From an uncultured virus (IMG/VR IMGVR_UViG_3300018056_000001) (Duplodnaviria > Heunggongvirae > Uroviricota > Caudoviricetes), in IMG/VR virus record IMGVR_UViG_3300018056_000001: a DNA stretch of 64,000 nucleotides. One strand, written 5' to 3'. Positions 1 through 7,488 of this stretch are shown one piece after another (positions within the stretch are counted from its first letter, which is position 1; every line of letters begins with the position of its first letter). The notes beneath the pieces were generated by a model. It saw nothing but the letters and a program-made list of their open reading frames with translations. It was not told where the DNA came from and ran no database searches. A program made the translations under genes and the position numbers.

Positions 1-111
1 AGTGGGGGGAAGGGCTTGAGGGGAATTAAAGTTTTATTTTTTTCTAAAAAACAATTTTTTCCCCCCCCCCCCCCCCCCCCCTGGCGACTTGCCACAATCG
101 GTTGACTTTCG

Positions 112-1071
112 CTAATTGATCGTGTTTCGCCGGTAGACTCCTCGACCGATGCGTTCGATGAGCCCCCGATCGAGCAGATCTTCGAGGGCGCGATCAAGTG
201 TCGCTTCTGACATGGGAATCTCAGAGGCGTGCTCCATCAGGTCAGCTCGTGTGGTGGGTAGACCATCTTGGCGGAAAAGGGAGAGAAGCAGTACCGATCG
301 TTTCTCTTCGGTCCCTGATCGGCTGAATGGAATGAATAGTCCACTGGAGGGATCCCTAACGAACTTAAAGTCCGCTTCGGGGGCGTGACGGGGACGCCAG
401 CCGAATAAATGGTACGGAACCTTCGGTGGGTTCGGCTCCTCGATGTACATCTGTGTGTGACAACAACCGGCAAAGGCAGTTGATCCGGCCATGCGATCGA
501 TCGCCCGATGGTACCGTTCGCGGTCATCATTCTTCTGTTTGCCCTGCCAACCGGCCGCAAGGATCGTAATGGAACGACTACGGCACCGATGAGCGAACCC
601 GATCACCGAACGGACCACAGGGCGTTGCATATTGGGGTCGCCAGCGATGAACAAGGGCGCCATTGGATCGACGACGACCAGCGATCCTGGGATTGGGGAG
701 AGCTGGGCGAGACAGTAATCGAGAAAGCCGAGTGCTCGATCAGCGCTCCACATCACATCTGTGATCGTATCGTCATCCGCAATGGCGTAGTGGGGGACCT
801 CGGGGTACCCCAGCTTCTCGAACCAGGGACGATAGTCCGAGTCCCAGCTTCGATCGGCGGCGATATAGTAGAGAGCAGTCGGTTTATTCGTTGCTCGTCC
901 ACAGACGGTTCGCCCCTGCATCAGGCGAACAATCAACTCGACAATCATCGTGGTCTTGCCGGCGCCTGTGGCTCCAGAGAAGAGAGTGACTGATCTGTAG
1001 GGAATGATGCCTGGAATGGGATCTGTGTAGGAGGCTTGACAACCGGCCGAATCTGTGGTGAGATCTGACAT
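112..1071 (-). CDS. AAA/RecA-family ATPase (RepA-like replicative helicase) with C-terminal winged helix
   Basis: Walker A GATGAGKT, Walker B LVVVD, AGSTAF motif, C-terminal HTH-like tail (SEATLDRALEDLLDRGLIERIGRGVY); GAGGAG RBS before ATG at 1071. Confidence 0.75.
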   Translation of the reverse strand: MSDLTTDSAGCQASYTDPIPGIIPYRSVTLFSGATGAGKTTMIVELIVRLMQGRTVCGRATNKPTALYYIAADRSWDSDYRPWFEKLGYPEVPHYAIADDDTITDVMWSADRALGFLDYCLAQLSPIPGSLVVVDPMAPLFIAGDPNMQRPVVRSVIGFAHRCRSRSITILAAGWQGKQKNDDRERYHRAIDRMAGSTAFAGCCHTQMYIEEPNPPKVPYHLFGWRPRHAPEADFKFVRDPSSGLFIPFSRSGTEEKRSVLLLSLFRQDGLPTTRADLMEHASEIPMSEATLDRALEDLLDRGLIERIGRGVYRRNTIN

Positions 1072-1218
1072 AGGCACTCCTCGTCTCTGGTTGGTGTTCG
1101 TCCCCCCGCTGAGATGTGAGGTCTCCAGCCTGACATCTCAGCACCCCTTCTTGTAACACACCCCTCGTTTCTCAGACAAGCGCAAGATACGGTGTCGGTC
1201 ATTAGGGCCTTTTTACGC

Positions 1219-1284
1219 TTGCATAAATTTCTCTCTCGGTATATCATTTAACACTTGACAACGGTATTCATTGGGATATAGAGT
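1219..1284 (+). promoter_or_regulatory. Two tandem sigma70-like promoters for the rightward operon
   Basis: TTGCAT(1219)-17 nt-TATCAT(1242) and TTGACA(1255)-18 nt-TAGAGT(1279) in an AT-rich divergent intergenic region. Confidence 0.55.
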
Positions 1285-1324
1285 GACCTCACGATGTATC
1301 GTGCAGAGTTGCTGAGGAGAGTCG

Positions 1325-1654
1325 ATGCGAGTGAATTCAAGTATCTCTCCGGTCGATCAATCGATCATCGATGCGATCGAGGAACGACCAGGAGAACCGA
1401 TACGGATTCGATTGCAGCCAACGGTACTCAGATTTCGAGAAGGGGATCCACGGGCGTCATACCAAGCCTGGAAGGACCTTCACTGGTTGGTGGAGCTGGA
1501 CGATCTTGACGAAGTGCGAGCCCTCCGCGAGGGCCTCGCCGCCTTCTTCTGGATCGCCGGTCAACACGGAATTGGAGCGGTGAGAGACAAACTGGCTGAT
1601 GTGCTCCCTAATCCTCCAAAAGGGGAAGAGACGGTACCAGCCAGCGCTGGATAA
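1325..1654 (+). CDS. Hypothetical protein
   Basis: 109-aa ORF with GAGGAG RBS, first gene after the promoters. Confidence 0.65.
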   Translation: MRVNSSISPVDQSIIDAIEERPGEPIRIRLQPTVLRFREGDPRASYQAWKDLHWLVELDDLDEVRALREGLAAFFWIAGQHGIGAVRDKLADVLPNPPKGEETVPASAG

Positions 1655-1658
1655 GGAA

Positions 1659-1787
1659 TTCTGCCGACGACTGACGTTGCGTACATGTCGCCTAATGGTT
1701 AGGCATCAGCCTCTTAAGCTGACTATTGCTGGTTCAAGTCCAGTCATGGTTTCCCCGAAAGGGGCGCAACACGACCTGTCGGCAGGA
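1659..1787 (+). ncRNA. Y-RNA-like ncRNA unit 1 with embedded tRNA-Lys(CTT)-like domain
   Basis: Terminal stem TTCTGCCGAC/GTCGGCAGGA, GACTGA...GACCT internal loop, stem GTTGCG/CGCAAC; inside are D arm GCCTAATGGTTAGGC, anticodon arm TCAGC-CTCTTAA-GCTGA, T arm GCTGG-TTCAAGT-CCAGT and a CCCC-GAAA-GGGG hairpin; no CCA end. Confidence 0.75.
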
Positions 1788-1794
1788 GTAAGAT

Positions 1795-1926
1795 TCGCGG
1801 TGACTGAAGAGGTTACATGTGGTTAAAGCTGAATCACGACGAGAGTGGTGGTTTAGTCAGCGGGTTCGAATCCCGTCATCCCCCCTTTTCACATGGGGGA
1901 TGATATACCTCCTTGACCTACCGCGA
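1795..1926 (+). ncRNA. Y-RNA-like ncRNA unit 2 with circularly permuted tRNA-like domain
   Basis: Terminal stem TCGCGGT/ACCGCGA, GACTGA...GACCT, stem GAGGT/ACCTC; D-loop remnant GTGGTTAAAGC, T arm GCGGG-TTCGAAT-CCCGT, acceptor-like stem CATCCCCC/GGGGGATG closed by a loop. Confidence 0.75.
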
Positions 1927-1934
1927 TGTAACGT

Positions 1935-2035
1935 TCGGGAGTACTGATTCGCTTACATGCTGGTCAGAGCCGGGAATGCTGCCGGCCCTCGGGCTAAGGT
2001 GAGCACCGTAAAATAGGCGGATCGACCTCTCCCGA
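1935..2035 (+). ncRNA. Y-RNA-like ncRNA unit 3 (short insert, no clear T arm)
   Basis: Terminal stem TCGGGAG/CTCCCGA, TACTGA...GACCT, stem ATTCGCTT/AGGCGGAT, followed by the shared TACAT. Confidence 0.7.
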
Positions 2036-2043
2036 CAACAAGT

Positions 2044-2171
2044 TCGCGGTGACTGGATTACATACATGCCCCGCCAATCTCTGGGGCCGTAGCTCAGTGG
2101 TAGAGCACCTGAGTTTACTCAGGAGGACGTCGGTTCGAATCCGACTGGCAATGTAGCCGAACCTACCGCGA
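2044..2171 (+). ncRNA. Y-RNA-like ncRNA unit 4 with tRNA-like domain
   Basis: Terminal stem TCGCGGT/ACCGCGA, GACTGG...AACCT, stem TTACAT/ATGTAG; D arm TAGCTCAGTGGTAGAGC, arm CCTGAG-TTTA-CTCAGG, T arm GTCGG-TTCGAAT-CCGAC; no CCA end. Confidence 0.75.
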
Positions 2172-2186
2172 CTAAAGGAGTGACGT

Positions 2187-3692
2187 ATGGCTGAGAAAGA
2201 ACTCACCAAGGCTCAGGCGATCGGGGAACTGACCAAGTCTCCTCACGGGGAACTGACCGATTACCTTCCTGTGGGTCCCGTGACACACCAGCAGGATCCC
2301 GAGTTCTACGCCCACCTGATTGCGTGGAACCAGCTCAACGGCGAGATCCGGGATGCCAAGGTCGCGCTCCCGGTCTTCGCGCTGCGCGGACCTGAGCCCT
2401 TCGTCGAGAACGCGTTGGCCCATCTAGCCATGCTCGATCCTCGGAACTTTGTAAGGGCCTTGGACTTCGCGCGCGATGTCAAGGCACCGTCCCGCTTGCT
2501 CCGCCGACTCGTCGAACGTTACTTGCGAGACCGGGAGCAGAATTGGCTCGCCTGGGAAGGCACAGCTTTGCAGCACCGAGGATCATTCCGCACCTTGTAC
2601 GCTCGGTATCATATCGTGCGGGACTCGAAGTTCGGAATAATCCTCTTCGGAGGCGAGCGAGGGGGGCCGAAGCTGAAGCCGCCCTCTGGAAAATTCGCGG
2701 TGCTCGCCCAACTTCTATCCATGTCCCCCGAGGAGATTGCGGGGGCGATCACCGAGCACAAGATCCCTTTCCTGATCGCACGGGGCGCCCTGGGCGCGAA
2801 GGCGAAAGATCCTGATGTCCTCCTGGCGCTGATCAAGCGGATGTCCGCGACTGAGCTGGTCACAAACACCAAGGCTCTAGAGCGACTCGGGATCAAGGAC
2901 GTCCCTGCACTCCGCGCAGCCTTTGAGGCAGGACTTGAGAAGGTCTCGAAATCGACCAGGGGGGCTGTGCTCAAGACGACACGAGCGGCCGAAGTGATCG
3001 ACGACGAACAGCTTGCACAGAAACTACACGCGACCCAGGAACGCCAGCTTGACCGGATGAAGGGAATCGAAGGGCGTTGGTTGGTCCTCGGAGACAAGTC
3101 GGGATCGATGCACACGACGATCGAAGCCTCACGCCATATTGCCGGTACGCTCGCGCGACTCGTCCGCGGGGAGGTACACCTCATCTTCTTCGATCAGGTG
3201 CCCTACTACAAGGACGTGAGCGGGAAGACCTACGAGCAGATCAAGGAAGAGACCCAATACGTCTTCGCTGGAGGCTCTACCTCGATCGGGTGTGGCGTCC
3301 GGTATCTCCTCGACAAGAAGATCGAAGTGGACGGGATCGCGATCGTCAGCGATGGGGGGGAGAATCAGCTCCCGGTCTTCGCAGCCCAGCTTCAACAGTA
3401 CAGGGAGAAGCTAGGAATTGATCCGACTGTGTACTTTTACAAGGTGGTAGGTACAGATCGAGACGTTCTGTCCCATAACTGTGCAGTCGGGGGAATTGAC
3501 CTACAGACATTCGACTTGACTCACGGCGTCGACTACTATAGCCTTCCCAATCTCGTCCAAACGATGCGAGTGGGGCGCTATCAACTGCTCGACGACATCT
3601 TGGCAACCCCACTGCGGAGGCTCGATGAGGTCCTCACGCGCACGACAGGAATGGAGGTTCAGCGGCATGTTAGAACAGCTTCGGCGGTTTGA
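2187..3692 (+). CDS. Ro60/Rsr-like TROVE + vWA RNA-binding protein
   Basis: TROVE-like DPEFYAHL and MSATELVTN segments; C-terminal vWA MIDAS motifs DKSGS, GGST, IVSDG-EN; 501 aa; AAGGAG RBS; adjacent Y-like RNAs. Confidence 0.8.
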   Translation: MAEKELTKAQAIGELTKSPHGELTDYLPVGPVTHQQDPEFYAHLIAWNQLNGEIRDAKVALPVFALRGPEPFVENALAHLAMLDPRNFVRALDFARDVKAPSRLLRRLVERYLRDREQNWLAWEGTALQHRGSFRTLYARYHIVRDSKFGIILFGGERGGPKLKPPSGKFAVLAQLLSMSPEEIAGAITEHKIPFLIARGALGAKAKDPDVLLALIKRMSATELVTNTKALERLGIKDVPALRAAFEAGLEKVSKSTRGAVLKTTRAAEVIDDEQLAQKLHATQERQLDRMKGIEGRWLVLGDKSGSMHTTIEASRHIAGTLARLVRGEVHLIFFDQVPYYKDVSGKTYEQIKEETQYVFAGGSTSIGCGVRYLLDKKIEVDGIAIVSDGGENQLPVFAAQLQQYREKLGIDPTVYFYKVVGTDRDVLSHNCAVGGIDLQTFDLTHGVDYYSLPNLVQTMRVGRYQLLDDILATPLRRLDEVLTRTTGMEVQRHVRTASAV

Positions 3693-3987
3693 CGCAGATC
3701 GATCGAATATGGATGAGATGCTCGCCCTTCGGATGTTCGGGAAACAGCTTCGCGGCGAGTATGAGACGGCGAACATCCCGGCGCCCGAGTGGCTCGACGA
3801 CAAGGTTCGCCAGCTCAATCGGGAAATCGAACTCCGTCGGCGGGACACGTTGGAGATGCGGCTCAAGGAGATCCGGGCACAGCGGACACAACTCCTGACG
3901 CCCAGCGAGCGGCGGGTGCAGCTCGAAGTGGAGGAAGCGGAGCTGAACAAGCAGCTCGGGAACGCGGTCCCAGCAACCACGACCTAG
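3667..3987 (+). CDS. Small helical/coiled-coil protein overlapping the TROVE gene end
   Basis: GGAGG RBS then ATG at 3667; 106 aa, E/R/L-rich. Confidence 0.7.
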   Translation: MLEQLRRFDADRSNMDEMLALRMFGKQLRGEYETANIPAPEWLDDKVRQLNREIELRRRDTLEMRLKEIRAQRTQLLTPSERRVQLEVEEAELNKQLGNAVPATTT

Positions 3988-4014
3988 AGAATCAGAAAGG
4001 ACAAGGGAGTTCTG

Positions 4015-4236
4015 ATGGACTACATTGTGTGGGGAGATAGCCTGCGGGATTCAAAGGGGCAACCGGTTACATTGCGTGTGAAGAGCGCAAACGGACATGT
4101 CTCTCCGGTCGTGGGACTCGTGGTCAAGGATGACACAATTGTCTGGGGTTCTGGAACAGAGTCACCGGATCTCCAGAAGGCATCAGCTCCCGAGGATACC
4201 GTCGTCATTCTTGAACGAATCGTCTGGGGTGACTAA
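4015..4236 (+). CDS. Small protein with three IVWG motifs
   Basis: AAGGGAG RBS; YIVWGD, TIVWGS and C-terminal RIVWGD. Confidence 0.7.
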   Translation: MDYIVWGDSLRDSKGQPVTLRVKSANGHVSPVVGLVVKDDTIVWGSGTESPDLQKASAPEDTVVILERIVWGD

Positions 4237-4245
4237 ACTCTGATC

Positions 4246-4470
4246 GCCGTAACCAACCGGCCGTACGGCAGTGGGAGCCATTGCGTGAAAGTTCCACAAG
4301 GGCTGCGGTGTAGCGGCCTGAGAGAAAACAATCACCATTGGGACTGCCGGCATCGCGCATATGACATGTTCGCAGATCCCAACTACACCGGCGTCTAAAA
4401 CAGGAGTCATCTTGGCGGACGCGTCACGCTGATTCCTGGATGTCCCTACAGTCGTAAAAACGGATACAGG
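4246..4470 (+). ncRNA. Candidate structured intergenic RNA
   Basis: Consecutive stems GCCGTA/TACGGC, GTGGGA/TTCCAC, CGGTGTAG/CTACACCG, TTGGGA/TCCCAA, CAGGAGTCA/TGATTCCTG; strand assumed from the operon. Confidence 0.35.
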
Positions 4471-4499
4471 AAACGAGCGAACCAAGGGAGGGTAGTGAC

Positions 4500-4706
4500 A
4501 TGAATCTCAGCACATTCGCTGCGGCGATGCTTTCCGGTCCAGTGCTCGTTCTCGTCGCGGTTATTTTCCTGTTTGGGGCGTCAGGTTGTGGTGACGTCCG
4601 AAACATGAATCCGTTGAGTCCGTCAACCACAAGCATTTCAAGCGGCGGCGCGCATGAATCGCTCGTGAACATCTTGGACAGACCTCCAGTCGATCCGGTC
4701 GACTAG
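4500..4706 (+). CDS. Small membrane protein or lipoprotein
   Basis: Hydrophobic N-terminus followed by lipobox-like ASGC; GGGAGG RBS. Confidence 0.5.
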   Translation: MNLSTFAAAMLSGPVLVLVAVIFLFGASGCGDVRNMNPLSPSTTSISSGGAHESLVNILDRPPVDPVD

Positions 4707-4806
4707 GATGGCGGCGATCTGGGATTTAGGTCCTGGCACACGGTAAGACGAACGGCCTTTAGAACTGGAACGGTCTTACGAACACACGTAACTTGAGCGA
4801 ACGGAC

Positions 4807-6288
4807 GTGCACATGGCAGCCAGTCTGATCTGGTTGACGGATCGGTCCCGCTACGAAACTGGAACAGGACGCTGCGCCTACGCGCGGTATCTACGGTACC
4901 ATGCGGGACCGACTGGGTACGGATTAGCCCATAAAGCCGAATCGGTTCCCCTCACCACAGGATCCTCTGTTCATCAGGGTACCGAATTACTCCTGAAGAT
5001 CCTCAAGCAACACAACCGTCTCCCCACGGTCGAGGAAGTCCGCGAGGTGGTACGGCACGTCCGTGCCCTCTACGAAAAGAAACTGATGGCGAAGGGCTTC
5101 CGTGGCGGCATTCTCACCGGACCCATCGTCGAGGAAACGATCCGCGAACAGTCCTGCTTGATTGGGGGACTCATCTGGACGACCCAACTCCAGCTCCTCC
5201 CTTGGCTCCACCAGGAATATCGAATCCTCGAAGTCGAACAAGAGCGCCTCCATTTCCTATCCTGTACCTGTGGGCTGAGTGAGGCGATTCTCGACCAAGC
5301 CCAGCACGACGCGCGAGGCTGTCAGGGACAGGCTCTGATGCTTCGCACAGATATTCTCGCCCAACATCGTCAAATGACACATCTCGCCTACTTTGAGGTC
5401 AAGACCACAGGCTGGGAATCAGATGCGTGGGCGGATCAATGGGAAACCAAACCGCAGCTCGGGCTCGGGACCTTGGATCTCGACAAGCGCTACGGGAGAG
5501 AAGTCACTGAACTCTACCTCATCGGCATGAACAAGGGGCGACGGGCGAAGGATCAGTCTAAGGAAGCCAAGGAAGCCTCAGCTCTCCCGGAAGAGAATCC
5601 CCTCGCGTCCATGAAACGCCAACAGTCCGCACTCTGCTACGGCTATTGCCGCCCTGGGAATCCTCCGTTGGCGAAGGATGACTGGCTCCCCGCCTATGAG
5701 TGGGTGACGGATGCGGGCGAAGTGAAGCGGAAGAGCAAGGCCCACAAGCGACTAGGGATCTGGGAGCTGGAGCAGTCGGACTGGTCGGTCTGGCGAGCCT
5801 ACAAGGGATCAGATCCAACCCTCTCGTATGATGAGTTCTGGTACCGTCAGCTCCCTCAATCGATCCTCGACAAGATCTGTTTCGTCCTTGGCCCCCTGAA
5901 TCGGCAGGACCACCAGATCCAAAGTCTCCGCCGATCGATGAAGGCTGAGGAATCTCGTTGGCAAGAGATCTTGTGGAAGCTCTACGAAGCTCAACAGCCA
6001 CCCAGTAACGTCGTAGATAATGCAGCGAGTCGTGCCGCATACGGGTGGGCATCAGAGGGATTTCAGGCGAAGGCCGACGCGCTGATCCCCAGATCCTGGA
6101 ATTGCCGACCGTATGGAAAAGAGCATGAATGTGAAATGGTCCCGATTTGTTTTCGGCAGGCTGGCTGGGACGACCCTATCGGATCCGGGAAGTATCAGGC
6201 GCGACTCCCCCATCACACCCCCGAGACCGAACAAGCTGTCCTGCGTGGGCTCCTGACTGAACAGGCCGAGGAGCTGGAGGAGGAATGA
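4807..6288 (+). CDS. PD-(D/E)XK exonuclease (RecB/Cas4-like phage recombination nuclease)
   Basis: N-terminal C..Y.RY and GSSVH, catalytic D...EVKT, QL motif, C-terminal Cys cluster. Confidence 0.7.
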   Translation: MHMAASLIWLTDRSRYETGTGRCAYARYLRYHAGPTGYGLAHKAESVPLTTGSSVHQGTELLLKILKQHNRLPTVEEVREVVRHVRALYEKKLMAKGFRGGILTGPIVEETIREQSCLIGGLIWTTQLQLLPWLHQEYRILEVEQERLHFLSCTCGLSEAILDQAQHDARGCQGQALMLRTDILAQHRQMTHLAYFEVKTTGWESDAWADQWETKPQLGLGTLDLDKRYGREVTELYLIGMNKGRRAKDQSKEAKEASALPEENPLASMKRQQSALCYGYCRPGNPPLAKDDWLPAYEWVTDAGEVKRKSKAHKRLGIWELEQSDWSVWRAYKGSDPTLSYDEFWYRQLPQSILDKICFVLGPLNRQDHQIQSLRRSMKAEESRWQEILWKLYEAQQPPSNVVDNAASRAAYGWASEGFQAKADALIPRSWNCRPYGKEHECEMVPICFRQAGWDDPIGSGKYQARLPHHTPETEQAVLRGLLTEQAEELEEE

Positions 6289-6647
6289 TGCCGAGGAAAA
6301 AGGTGGTCAAGAAGTCGCGAGCGAAGTTAGATGGGGCAGCCACGAGGGCGATCATGGACGATGTCTTCAAGGACAATCCACGGCTAGAAAGTCCTTCCCT
6401 TCCTTCCTTACACGAGCGACTGCAGGGAGCAGTCTCTCCCGTAACACTCGGCCAGTCAATCGATCAGCTCCTCGAACAGAATCTGATCTTGGAGCAACAG
6501 AAGCTCCACGCACTCCGTCAGCTCAACAAGCGTGCGAACGTCGCCCAACTGCAGGCGCGCTATGATCAGGTCCTCGACGAAATGGAAAGACAGCTTGAAC
6601 GATTGCAGGGACTCGCACGAGCATTCGGTTCGCTCTTCAAAGGCTGA
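6285..6647 (+). CDS. Hypothetical coiled-coil protein
   Basis: ATGA-coupled to upstream gene; heptad-rich. Confidence 0.6.
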   Translation: MMPRKKVVKKSRAKLDGAATRAIMDDVFKDNPRLESPSLPSLHERLQGAVSPVTLGQSIDQLLEQNLILEQQKLHALRQLNKRANVAQLQARYDQVLDEMERQLERLQGLARAFGSLFKG

Positions 6648-7276
6648 TGGATACTTTTCCTCAAGCACCTGACGGGAAGAAAGCTGAAGCGCCGATGACG
6701 CGCGGCGGAGATCCGATTGGCCCGACATCAGGAGAGCTATCGGTCGAGAAGTACACAGGGGCGGGACTCGGGGCCATCGGAGTGTGGAAGTGTCCGGCCT
6801 GTGCGATCGAGAATTCCACACCCTTCGAGGATGGCTGTCCGAGCTGTGGGGCGGGGACCGCGAAGCCCTTTCATGTCGATCCCACCGTCCAACGTCGACA
6901 AGGCCACAGTCGCCTCCGCGGACGTCCTCTTGATGAGAATGGGGCGATTGCGTTTGAACCGATTGCCTTCGAGCCGATCTCCTCCGAGGAAGCCTTCAGT
7001 GCCTGGCTCAGACCCCACCGGGCGAACCTGACGCCCAAGATGGAGATGCTCTTGTTTGAGGCATGGCAAGCCGCGATCGCGTGGTTCCGGAGTCAGGATC
7101 GTACTATAGCGCCCAGTACCAGTACCTATACTGATCGTACTGATCAAGTAATAGTACCCAGAGTACTCGTCGGTCAGATCATCGAGCGTCTAGAGGGTAT
7201 GGCTGATCTTCCCGACGATCAACAATCTGATGAACTCCTGGATCTGATCCGTCAGTTGAAGGAGTTACTCTCTTGA
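6647..7276 (+). CDS. Hypothetical protein with zinc ribbon
   Basis: WKCPAC...CPSCG; TGATG coupling. Confidence 0.6.
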   Translation: MDTFPQAPDGKKAEAPMTRGGDPIGPTSGELSVEKYTGAGLGAIGVWKCPACAIENSTPFEDGCPSCGAGTAKPFHVDPTVQRRQGHSRLRGRPLDENGAIAFEPIAFEPISSEEAFSAWLRPHRANLTPKMEMLLFEAWQAAIAWFRSQDRTIAPSTSTYTDRTDQVIVPRVLVGQIIERLEGMADLPDDQQSDELLDLIRQLKELLS

Positions 7277-7488
7277 CCGACATCACTACACGCCTACGCC
7301 TTCGGGTGCTTGAAGGGGATTATGGGATTTTGCGAGAGGCAGCCGAGGAGATCGAGCGCCTACGCGATCGGCTCGAACTCCGTCATATCAACGATACATG
7401 GGAACCAGACGTCCTCGCAATCGAAGTACAACGGCTGCGGAAACGGATCGCGGAATTAACAGGAACGAAATCGGGAGAAATCTCATGA
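7273..7488 (+). CDS. Small hypothetical phage protein
   Basis: EAAEEIERLR motif; overlaps both neighbours. Confidence 0.55.
   Translation: MTDITTRLRLRVLEGDYGILREAAEEIERLRDRLELRHINDTWEPDVLAIEVQRLRKRIAELTGTKSGEIS

Noticed and set aside
1684..1748. Standalone tRNA-Lys(CTT) gene
   Set aside because: Acceptor stem is only 4 bp, there is no CCA, and it is enclosed in the repeated scaffold; treated as a tRNA-like domain.
2083..2150. Standalone tRNA or ochre suppressor (TTA)
   Set aside because: Anticodon loop is not a canonical 7 nt, acceptor stem is truncated, there is no CCA, and TAA is used as a normal stop in many genes.
1659..2171. CRISPR array
   Set aside because: Units share structure and short motifs rather than identical direct repeats, inserts are tRNA-like, and no cas operon is present.
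4240..4330. Hammerhead ribozyme (CTGA...GAAA fragments)
   Set aside because: The three flanking stems and cleavage triplet could not be assembled.
4807..6288. Cas4 of a CRISPR system
   Set aside because: Context with a Sak4-like ATPase and SSB-like gene indicates a phage recombination nuclease.
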